This document shows, piece after piece, positions 17,035 to 24,618 of a DNA stretch of 32,786 nt (position 1 is the first letter of the stretch; each line of letters begins with the position of its first letter). This DNA is from an uncultured Candidatus Saccharibacteria bacterium. GTDB taxonomy: Bacteria > Patescibacteriota > Minisyncoccia > UBA6257 > UBA9933. The notes beneath the pieces are model-generated. The model had not been told where the DNA came from. It made no database searches and saw only the letters and a list, made by a program, of their open reading frames with translations. Location of the stretch: the NCBI GenBank assembly GCA_964398445.1, contig CAYNMK010000002.1, forward strand, positions 1 to 32,786. The letters run 5' to 3'. Both the position numbers and the translations under genes were made by a program.

Positions 17035-19155
17035 TTAAGCCGTTTTTAAGGATAATCCAATTTTTCCGTTTTCTGAGCGAATAATTTTTGCTTTAACACG
17101 GTCGCCAATTTTTATTACGTCTTCAACTTTTCGAACAAAACCATCTTTTAATTCTGAAACGTGAATCATTCCGTCTTTATTGCCTCCCAAGCTAATAATA
17201 GCTCCGAAATCAAGAATTTTTATTATTTCACCTTCAACAATTTCACCAGCTTGAAATTCACGGGTTAGCGATTTAATATATTGAATCGCTGAATCGGCTT
17301 TTTCATAATTTTCAGCTGATACAAAAACTTTACCTGTTTGTTCAATATCAATAGTATGAACACCGGTGTTTTTAATAATGGAGTTGATTATTTTTCCGCC
17401 TGGTCCAATTACATCGCCGATTTTTTCAGGATTAATATCTGTAGTTATTATTGTAGGCGCGAAAGATGAAACTTTTGGGCGTGACTCTGAAATTGTTTTA
17501 TTCATAGTTTCTAAAATTTCTAAACGAGCTTTTTTAGCTTGTTGAAAAATTTTTTTTAATATTGAAAGAGTAATGCCGTTAATTTTTACATCCATTTGAA
17601 TGGCAGTAATGCCGTTTTTTGTGCCAGCTACTTTGCAGTCCATATCGCCATAGTGATCCTCCGGACCTTGAATATCTGTTAATATTTTATAATTGGTTGA
17701 GGATTGTTGTTGGTCAGTTATAAGCCCCATTGCGATTCCGGCAACTGGTTCTTTGATTGGAACACCGGCATCCATTAAGGACAGAGAAGAGGCGCAGACA
17801 CTTGCCATTGAAGAAGAGCCATTAGATGAGAGTATCTCTGAAACAAGGCGAATAGTATAAGGAAATTCTTCTTTAGACGGAATAAGTGCTCTAACAGCTT
17901 TATCTGCTAAAGCGCCGTGTCCTATTTCTCGTCGACCAGGGCCGCCAATTCGTTTTATTTCACCGGTTGAATATGGGGGGAAGTTATAGTGAAACATAAA
18001 TCGGCGTTTGGCTGTTACTTCCATTGTTTCAATTAGTTGTTCGGCCCCGGGAGCTGCCAAAGTGGTAACTGCCAGTGCTTGAGTACCGCCGCGAATAAAA
18101 AGTCCAGAACCGTGAAGGCGTTTAAATAATCCTATTTCTGCGTGAAGTTCGCGAACTTCGTCAAGTTGGCGTCCATCGGGCCTTTTTTCCAATTCAAGAA
18201 TGTTTTTATGAATTAATTTATCAACTTCATCTTCAATTATAGAATCAATCATTTTAATCCCTTCTGATGTGTTTTCTTGCTCCAAATATTCTTTTAATAA
18301 TTGTTTTAAGTCATTAAGATTATTTTCAATGCTTGCTTTGTTGGGCGCATAAATTGCGCTTTCCAATCTATCTTTTAAGAAGGTTTGAATTTTATCTTTA
18401 ATTTCGTTGTTATTATTGTTATTGGCATAATTAATTTTTGGTTTACCGATTGTTTGAATGATTCTTTTTTGAAAATCAATTAATTTTAAAATTTCTTTTT
18501 GAGCTAAATCAAAGCTTTCAATAATTTCATCTTCTTTTAATTCATTTCCGGATAATTCAATCATATTAATTTTTCCGGTTTTTTCTTCTTTATTTTCTGC
18601 GCCAGCAATAAAAGCATCAAAATTATATTTTAATTCGTTCATTTGAGAGTTAATTGGATTAATGATTATTTCTTTTTCAGCGGTGCGGCCGATTCTAACT
18701 CCGGCAACTGGGCCATTCCATGGAATTTCTGAAATTGCTAATGCGGTTGAAGCGGCAAGGAGTGAGATAAAATCAGGGTCATTTTCTTCATCATAGGAAA
18801 AAATAGTAATAATAATTTGCACATCGCGCCGCATCCTTTGATCAAAAAGTGGTCTTAATGATCGGTCAATCATTCGGCCAGAGAGCACAGCTTCTTCTGA
18901 TGGTCGGCCTTCGCGTCGGATAAATCGGCTACCGATAATTTTTCCTGCTGCGTAAAATTTTTCTTCATAGTCAATAGTTAAGGGAAAATAATCAATGTCT
19001 TTATCTTTTTTCCCCATTACAACAGTTGCCAAAACAGTTGTATCGCCATATTGCCCCAATACTGATCCATTGGCTTGATTAGCAATTTTTGAAATTTCTA
19101 ATGTTACCTTTTTTCCGGCAATTTCAGTTGTAAATTGTTGTTTGTGTAGATCCAT
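17035..19155 (-). CDS. pnp: Polyribonucleotide nucleotidyltransferase (PNPase)
   Basis: 706 aa. Two RNase PH domains, a KH domain (GPGGKIINSI) and an S1 domain (GEIVEGEIIKILDFGAIISL). Confidence 0.92.
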   Translation of the reverse strand: MDLHKQQFTTEIAGKKVTLEISKIANQANGSVLGQYGDTTVLATVVMGKKDKDIDYFPLTIDYEEKFYAAGKIIGSRFIRREGRPSEEAVLSGRMIDRSLRPLFDQRMRRDVQIIITIFSYDEENDPDFISLLAASTALAISEIPWNGPVAGVRIGRTAEKEIIINPINSQMNELKYNFDAFIAGAENKEEKTGKINMIELSGNELKEDEIIESFDLAQKEILKLIDFQKRIIQTIGKPKINYANNNNNNEIKDKIQTFLKDRLESAIYAPNKASIENNLNDLKQLLKEYLEQENTSEGIKMIDSIIEDEVDKLIHKNILELEKRPDGRQLDEVRELHAEIGLFKRLHGSGLFIRGGTQALAVTTLAAPGAEQLIETMEVTAKRRFMFHYNFPPYSTGEIKRIGGPGRREIGHGALADKAVRALIPSKEEFPYTIRLVSEILSSNGSSSMASVCASSLSLMDAGVPIKEPVAGIAMGLITDQQQSSTNYKILTDIQGPEDHYGDMDCKVAGTKNGITAIQMDVKINGITLSILKKIFQQAKKARLEILETMNKTISESRPKVSSFAPTIITTDINPEKIGDVIGPGGKIINSIIKNTGVHTIDIEQTGKVFVSAENYEKADSAIQYIKSLTREFQAGEIVEGEIIKILDFGAIISLGGNKDGMIHVSELKDGFVRKVEDVIKIGDRVKAKIIRSENGKIGLSLKTA

Positions 19156-19309
19156 ACTAATTTTAAAGTGTAAGAATTCTAAGAGTTGTTAATATTCAGG
19201 TGAGAAAAATGTAAGCAACGCTGTTAATTCTTGCAAATAATTTTTGCGAATTATATGTGAATAGTTACAAACTATTTGTGAATATTCACGTTAATTATTC
19301 GCATATTTT

Positions 19310-19843
19310 TTACTTTTTTATTATTATTTTTGGTTTTTTTTCTAGATCAATAAATAAATCCGCTTTCTCTTTTAATTTAACGGAAGCGCTTCGACTAAAG
19401 GCTGCTACTTCAACTTCTCTGCCTAGGCCCCATTTAAGATATTCTACTAAAGGAATAAAATCGCCGTCGCCTGTAACTAAAATAATTGCGTCTAGAAAGT
19501 TTGACATTCTAATGGCGTCAACTGCCATTCCTACATCCCAGTCTGCTTTTTTGGATCCATCGGGAAAAATTTGGAGATCTTTTATTCTTAATTCTATGCC
19601 GATTTTTTTTAGCGCATCAAAAAAAGTAGATTCACTTTTTTTGTTTTTTTGGTGCGTATGTTCTTCATCTAGGGCAATTTCACTTTTAATTGTATAGCCA
19701 ATTACTCTGATTAATTTTCGTCCACTAACTAGTTCTTTAATCAATTCTTGGTAATTAACTCTGGCGCTATAAAGATTTTTAGCCGAATGATAAAGATTTT
19801 GAACATCAATAAAAATTCCAATTCGTTGATCTTTATGTTTCAT
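19310..19843 (-). CDS. NYN-domain (LabA/DUF88-like) predicted ribonuclease
   Basis: 177 aa. IGIFIDVQNLYHSAKN at the N-terminus and LVTGDGDFIPLVEYLK, typical of NYN/LabA-like proteins. It overlaps the rpsO stop by 11 nt. Confidence 0.7.
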   Translation of the reverse strand: MKHKDQRIGIFIDVQNLYHSAKNLYSARVNYQELIKELVSGRKLIRVIGYTIKSEIALDEEHTHQKNKKSESTFFDALKKIGIELRIKDLQIFPDGSKKADWDVGMAVDAIRMSNFLDAIILVTGDGDFIPLVEYLKWGLGREVEVAAFSRSASVKLKEKADLFIDLEKKPKIIIKK

Positions 19844-20105
19844 TTTTTAATCCTAATTTTCTCACTAAAGACGCATAACTTTTTTTATTATTTTTAATTA
19901 GGTAGCTTAACATATCTCTTCTTTTGCTAACCATTTTTAAGAGTCCTCGCCGAGAATGATTGTCTTTGGGGTGAGTTTTTAGGTGGTTAGTCAATTCGGT
20001 AATTAATTTAGTTAAAAGAGCAATTTGAATTTCGGCTGAACCAGTGTCAATTTCGTGAAGTTTATATTCTTTAATAAGAGTTTGTTTTTTATTAGGCGTA
20101 AGCAT
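19833..20105 (-). CDS. rpsO: 30S ribosomal protein S15
   Basis: 90 aa. DTGSAEIQIALLT and HLKTHPKDNHSRRGLLKMVSKRR. Confidence 0.92.
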   Translation of the reverse strand: MLTPNKKQTLIKEYKLHEIDTGSAEIQIALLTKLITELTNHLKTHPKDNHSRRGLLKMVSKRRDMLSYLIKNNKKSYASLVRKLGLKNET

Positions 20106-20112
20106 AATTTAA

Positions 20113-20196
20113 AATTAAAAAATGTAAAGTTTGCAAATTAAAATGATTTAAATTAGAAATTTTAACATTGTTATTTTAATATTTACATTTTTAATT
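20113..20196. repeat. Intergenic AT-rich hairpin element (rpsO/xer divergent region)
   Basis: aattaaaaaatgtaaa (20113-20128) pairs with tttacatttttaatt (20182-20196). The inner arms contain attaaaa/attagaa-type units. Confidence 0.45.
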
Positions 20197-20241
20197 AGTT
20201 TTATATTACTTTATCTTAAGACAAAAAGCAATAGGTGGATT

Positions 20242-20269
20242 TTGCGACAGCTTTTAAATAAGTTATAAT
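20242..20269 (+). promoter_or_regulatory. Candidate promoter giving a (near-)leaderless transcript of the recombinase gene
   Basis: TTGCGA (20242-20247), 16-nt spacer, TATAAT (20264-20269). The ATG lies at 20277, 7 nt after the -10, and there is no SD. Confidence 0.4.
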
Positions 20270-20276
20270 AAAATTA

Positions 20277-21206
20277 ATGACTAATATTAACTATTTGCTT
20301 AAAACTTATCTTAATTATTTAGAAATTGAAAAAAATCGTTCTCCAAAAACATGTGAAAATTATGAACGGTATCTTAATGCATTTATAAATTTTATTCCTT
20401 CTAGTGGCGAGCAAGACAAAATTAAGACTGAAAAAGATATTACCATTGACAAGGTAAGAGACTTTAGGTTGTATTTAGCTAGAGTTAAAACTCAGAAAGG
20501 CGAAATTCTCAAAAAAACCACTCAGGCATATTATATGATTGCCTTAAGGAATTTTTTAAAATATTTAATTAAACAAGATTATGGCGTTTTATCGCCAGAT
20601 AAAATTGAATTACCAAAAACTTCAACGCGGCAGATTGAAATTATTGAATATAAAGATTTAGAAAGATTACTTGAAGCGCCTAAAGCAAAAGATTTGCGTT
20701 GTTTGCGCGATAGAGCCATTTTGGAAATTTTTTTCTCTACTGGCTTACGAATTTCTGAACTTTGCAAGCTTAATCGTTATTTTGATTTAAATCGTGGCGA
20801 GATTACTGTTCGAGGAAAAGGCGATAAATTGCGAATAGTTTTTCTTTCTGAACGCGCCAAAAAAGCGATTAAAAATTATTTAGACAAACGGACAGACACC
20901 GAAGAAGCGCTTTTCATAAGCTTAACAAAAGCTAAGTCGCCGAAAATAATTGGCAGGATTATTCCCAGGACGATTCAAAGGTTGGTAAGTTTTTATGCCA
21001 GAAAAGCGGGTATTTCAGATAAAATTACTCCGCATCAACTTCGTCATCAATTTGCTACAGATCTTTTAATAGGTGGCGCTGATTTGCGTTCGGTTCAGGA
21101 ACTTTTAGGGCATGCTAATGTTTCTACTACTCAAATTTATACCCATCTTACCAACAAAGAACTTCATGAAATTCATAAAACCTTTCATGCTAGGCGTCGG
21201 AAATAA
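20277..21206 (+). CDS. Tyrosine site-specific recombinase, XerC/XerD family
   Basis: 309 aa. N-terminal SAM-like domain. Catalytic-region motifs RISELCKL, HQLRHQFAT and LLGHANVSTTQIYTH. Confidence 0.85.
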   Translation: MTNINYLLKTYLNYLEIEKNRSPKTCENYERYLNAFINFIPSSGEQDKIKTEKDITIDKVRDFRLYLARVKTQKGEILKKTTQAYYMIALRNFLKYLIKQDYGVLSPDKIELPKTSTRQIEIIEYKDLERLLEAPKAKDLRCLRDRAILEIFFSTGLRISELCKLNRYFDLNRGEITVRGKGDKLRIVFLSERAKKAIKNYLDKRTDTEEALFISLTKAKSPKIIGRIIPRTIQRLVSFYARKAGISDKITPHQLRHQFATDLLIGGADLRSVQELLGHANVSTTQIYTHLTNKELHEIHKTFHARRRK

Positions 21207-21302
21207 AAAATCATTTTAATGTATTGTTAATTTAATGCATTGTTAATTGTAAGAATCCCGAGCGTTGTTTATAGTCTGTCTTTGTTCTTTTTCCGCCCGA
21301 AC

Positions 21303-21405
21303 AATTCCTCTCTTGCCTTCGTTACTAACTTCGTTCGTTTAATGCCATTTTCTTCCAGTCTTAAAGGGACGCTACGCTTCTAAAAAAATAGCTACCTTTT
21401 CGGGG
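21303..21405. ncRNA. Conserved noncoding element, copy B (unknown function)
   Basis: Paralog of 10344-10447. It lies between the recombinase gene and the tRNA locus. Confidence 0.4.
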
Positions 21406-21501
21406 TGACGAATGTGCGCGCGGGGGACTTGTCACTAAAATTTCATTTTGACGAGCTTCGTCTAGCTTTAGAAAGTATTGTGATGTTATCTTAAATTTCT
21501 G

Positions 21502-21685
21502 TGCTCCCGAGAGGATTTGAATCTCTACCTCTTGCAAGATTCCGCACCTTTTTTTTGAAATGTGGGCAGGGAGGGACTTGAACCCTCAAGCCTTGCGGCA
21601 CTAGCTTCTAAGGCTAGCGTGTTTGCCATTTCACCACCTGCCCATAAAAGGTGAGGGACGCGTCTGCCAGTTCCGCCACGGGAGC
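21502..21685 (-). other. Split Leu-type tRNA-like gene whose anticodon region is replaced by a stem carrying a whole tRNA
   Basis: Minus-strand reading. The 5' part is GCTCCCG-TG-GCGGAACTGGCAGACGC (acceptor strand plus a Leu-type D arm). The 3' part is AGAGATTCAAATCCTCT-CGGGAGC-A (T arm, with an A-C at positions 53:61, plus the complementary acceptor strand). Between them, CACCTTTT and AAAAGGTG form an 8-bp stem enclosing tRNA-Leu(UAG). I could not fold a canonical anticodon arm. Confidence 0.45.
21563..21643 (-). tRNA. tRNA-Leu (anticodon UAG), class II
   Basis: GGGCAGG/CCTGCCC acceptor, GTG/CAC D stem, CTAGC-CTTAGAA-GCTAG anticodon arm, 13-nt variable arm, GAGGG-TTCAAGT-CCCTC T arm, discriminator A, no encoded CCA. 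Confidence 0.85.
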
Positions 21686-21849
21686 ATTGGGTTGACTTAT
21701 TTATAATTTTATGTTTATATTATATTGCCTTCAATAGGTACCCTTGGTATTTTATGAAGCGAGTTTCAAGAGTAAATCTTGGAATCTGAAAGTACATTAA
21801 CAATACTATATTGAATTGAAAATAAAAACAATTCAAAAAGGAGGAAGCA

Positions 21850-23214
21850 ATGTTCATTTTCAAAGAAGAAACCGAGGAAGCAAAAGAACTAAAAGCCGGA
21901 AAACTGATATCCAACTATGCGGCAATTCTTTCTCTGGGGGTGATAATTTTTATCACATTCGCAGGGGGGGTATTTATTGATTGGATTGGATTCTTATTGA
22001 TTGGAAGCGCTGTAGCTATTATAACATTAGCGCTAAATTCGCCCGTTATGGTTCCGACAGTTTATTTTGGAATTATAACAAGAATGGAAAAGAGAAGAGT
22101 GGTAGATGATAAAGTCGCAATATTGGATGAGGGTATTGGACTTATATATCCTTTGATAGACGATTTGTTACCTAAAAATCTCAAGTGCAGGAAATTGGTA
22201 ACCAAAGAAATTGACGCAACTGCCTTGAGCAAAGATAAGTTGTCTATCACCTTCAAGGGCTCTGTGCAATATAACCCATCAAAATTGAATGTCTTCATTG
22301 AAATGGACAAGAAGACAATTGAAGAAGGCATGGTGGATGCTATTATGTCGGAAATTGGCAAAGTTTGCGGACTTAAAAACGCTGACACCTTTGTTGAAAA
22401 ACGAGCTGAAATAGAACTTATGATCCGTTCTATACTTCAGCTAGAAAAACCTCCTCATTATTATTTTGATGAGGAAGTTGATCTTGAGAAGATTAAAAAA
22501 GAAGCTATCTCAACAAGAATATCGCTTGAGAAGTTCACTTCTACTTCAGAAAAAGAAATTATCAAAAAAGAAGTAGACAGGTTGTCGCCTGAGGCTGGTA
22601 TAGTGATGGGCGTAATCTTAAAGAAGGATATACTTGAGGAGCTTATTAAAGCTAAGTATGGGTCTGAAAAAATTAAGGAACTGGCTAGGAAGTTGTCACC
22701 AGAAAACTGGCAACTTCTGGTAAATGAAGACGAAGACGAAGACGATAAAGACAAAGATAAAGACAAAGACAAAGACAAAGACAAAGACAAAGACGACAGA
22801 AGAAAAGGAATAGATATTGTTCAGTTCTATAAGGACAATATCAGCCGCATATCCTTAATATTTGATATCTTTGATGATATCAAAATAAGTTCAAGGGTAG
22901 AGAGGCTTTATGGGATCAGAGTAGCGACCTTTCGCTTGGCCAAGCTTTCTTTCTCTGACGAAGCTCAAGCAGCATTTGAAAGGGTAAGGGCTGCGGAAGC
23001 TATAGCAGAGGCAGCTAAAAAGATTTTTACCACAAAAAGAGAGATCTTAAGGGGATTCATAGAAGATAAAGTTCCAATGGCTCAGGCTGTCAATCTAACT
23101 GAGTCAACAATGGCCGGGAAAGAAAAGGTCAGCCGCGATGTAATCTCAGTGGAGGGGACTAAGGAATCAGACCTGATCGCGATTGCCAAAACATTTGCTG
23201 GCAAGGACGACTAA
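21850..23214 (+). CDS. Membrane-anchored SPFH/band-7 family protein with a large charged insertion and a (DK)n tract
   Basis: 454 aa with two N-terminal TM segments. The SPFH-like N part runs VPTVYFGIITRMEKR...ITFKGSVQY...IEEGMVDAIMSEIGKV. The SPFH C part is YGIRVATFRLAKLSFSDEAQAAFERVRAAEA. The two parts are separated by ~150 aa of charged sequence. A strong SD (ggagg) lies 7 nt upstream. Confidence 0.55.
   Translation: MFIFKEETEEAKELKAGKLISNYAAILSLGVIIFITFAGGVFIDWIGFLLIGSAVAIITLALNSPVMVPTVYFGIITRMEKRRVVDDKVAILDEGIGLIYPLIDDLLPKNLKCRKLVTKEIDATALSKDKLSITFKGSVQYNPSKLNVFIEMDKKTIEEGMVDAIMSEIGKVCGLKNADTFVEKRAEIELMIRSILQLEKPPHYYFDEEVDLEKIKKEAISTRISLEKFTSTSEKEIIKKEVDRLSPEAGIVMGVILKKDILEELIKAKYGSEKIKELARKLSPENWQLLVNEDEDEDDKDKDKDKDKDKDKDKDDRRKGIDIVQFYKDNISRISLIFDIFDDIKISSRVERLYGIRVATFRLAKLSFSDEAQAAFERVRAAEAIAEAAKKIFTTKREILRGFIEDKVPMAQAVNLTESTMAGKEKVSRDVISVEGTKESDLIAIAKTFAGKDD
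22727..22797 (+). repeat. Coding microsatellite (GAAGAC)3 + (GAYAAA)~8 encoding EDEDEDDKDKDKDKDKDKDKDKDD
   Basis: Direct reading of 22727-22797. Confidence 0.9.
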
Positions 23215-23235
23215 AATAAAAAGGAGGGAAAGCAG

Positions 23236-23640
23236 ATGAAGATAGGAAGCAGAGTAATTATCGTAGCAATAATAATACTGCTACTACTAGCGGGGACATA
23301 TTACAGGTTCTTGTCGCTAATCCCAGAGACAAGAAACAAAGGAATAGCAGCGGTCGAGATTGCTATTCCTCTCCAGGAGACAAAATTTCATCAAAGAGGA
23401 GAGGAGATAATAGTGCTTGTTCCACCCGACAGGCACATTTCAGTCCCCTTGCCATTCAACCACATTTTTGATTTTTACTTTGAAGATGATTTCGAAGTAA
23501 AATTGATGAATGGCAGATTATTCAAATTTACGAAGGAATTGTATCCCTATGTGGGAACAATTCCGGGGAACAGAATAAAACTCCGGTCACTCACAGGAGA
23601 GGAAGTGAAGATAACAATATTTCTCTCTCCTGATGAGTAG
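23236..23640 (+). CDS. Small single-pass membrane protein, unknown function (partner of the SPFH gene)
   Basis: 134 aa. N-terminal TM segment followed by a beta-rich soluble part. Strong SD (ggaggg). 21 nt after the SPFH stop. Confidence 0.5.
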   Translation: MKIGSRVIIVAIIILLLLAGTYYRFLSLIPETRNKGIAAVEIAIPLQETKFHQRGEEIIVLVPPDRHISVPLPFNHIFDFYFEDDFEVKLMNGRLFKFTKELYPYVGTIPGNRIKLRSLTGEEVKITIFLSPDE

Positions 23641-23657
23641 GAGGAGGCCAAAACAAA

Positions 23658-23704
23658 CCCCGTTAGATGAGCAATACGCTTGCTTTATCTAACGGGGCTT
23701 TTTT
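23658..23704. terminator. Rho-independent terminator (probably bidirectional)
   Basis: ccccgttagat (23658-23668) pairs with atctaacgggg (23687-23697). Inner pairing agcaa/ttgct, then a T-run at 23699-23704. Confidence 0.75.
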
Positions 23705-23729
23705 ATTCTAATACTTAAATTGAAATAAT

Positions 23730-24119
23730 TTAAGCACCTCTTTCTAAAAATGTTCTGATTATTTCTTGGAAGCCAACCGCTAAAAGAGCGACAATAATCG
23801 CAACAGAAGCGTAGATTATCTGATTTTTAGCTGTTTTAACTTTTTCTTCATCACCGCCAGCAGTTAAATAAGTAAAAGCTGCAAAAATAATAAACAGGAC
23901 AGCTATAATAAAAAAGATAACATATGTCCATTGGACAATATTTTCAAGCACGCCAACTATACCGGTCACGGTGGTAATAGGAGAGACTGGGATGCCGATA
24001 TTACCAGGGGTGGCAGGGGGACCAATTGGTTCAGCTCCGACTAACATGGCGCTTCCCAATAAAACTGATAAACCAATTAAAGTTATGATTGAAATTTTTG
24101 TTTTTTTAATCTTTTCCAT
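23730..24119 (-). CDS. TrbC/VirB2-like pilin family protein (paralog 1)
   Basis: Signal peptide, Pro/Gly-rich segment, TM1, loop LTAGGDEEKVKTAKNQ, TM2. Confidence 0.55.
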   Translation of the reverse strand: MEKIKKTKISIITLIGLSVLLGSAMLVGAEPIGPPATPGNIGIPVSPITTVTGIVGVLENIVQWTYVIFFIIAVLFIIFAAFTYLTAGGDEEKVKTAKNQIIYASVAIIVALLAVGFQEIIRTFLERGA

Positions 24120-24272
24120 AATGTCAGATGTTAAATATACGAATGGATCTGAATAATGTTAATAAATACGAATTATTAATATTTATTTGCATCATTAGGG
24201 CGCATTAATATATTTAGCATCAGGTTCAATCTTTCGACCTTTGAAAATTTATTATATTATATAGTATAATTT

Positions 24273-24617
24273 TTAATTTAAAATATCTAGTATTATTTTC
24301 TCAACTCCAATTGAAATTAAAGCGATAGCAATGGCAATAGCTGCGTAAAATATTCGCTTGTAAGCGATGTTGATTTTTTCCGGGTCTGCTTGAGCTGTTA
24401 AAAAGCTAAAAGCCGCTATTAAAATAAAAAATATGGCAACAATAAAAAAAATAATATAAATTATTTCTACAATATCATTAAGCACACGCTCAATATCGCT
24501 TAAGGTTCTAATGGGGGAATCTCTATCAATAGTAGATGCCAAGGCAATTGGCATTGCGCTTAAAAGCGTAATGCTTATTAAGATTAATAATGACGCGATT
24601 TTTATTGAGAAATTCAT
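24273..24617 (-). CDS. TrbC/VirB2-like pilin family protein (paralog 2)
   Basis: Same topology, with loop LTAQADPEKINIAYKR. Confidence 0.55.
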   Translation of the reverse strand: MNFSIKIASLLILISITLLSAMPIALASTIDRDSPIRTLSDIERVLNDIVEIIYIIFFIVAIFFILIAAFSFLTAQADPEKINIAYKRIFYAAIAIAIALISIGVEKIILDILN

Positions 24618-24618
24618 A

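Noticed and set aside
19257-19697. 146-aa plus-strand ORF
   Set aside because: It is antisense to the NYN-domain gene, which has recognisable family motifs. This ORF has none.
20579-22790. ORFs 20579-20767(-), 21720-21914(-), 22062-22388(-) and 22461-22790(-)
   Set aside because: They are shadow ORFs antisense to the recombinase and SPFH genes. The SLSLSL tract in 22461-22790 is just the reverse complement of the (DK)n microsatellite.
21690-23730. Search for a direct repeat of the tRNA end (att site) at the far side of the foreign cassette
   Set aside because: I found no repeat of the outer or inner tRNA sequence near 23640-23730, so an integrase-mediated island with defined att sites cannot be claimed.
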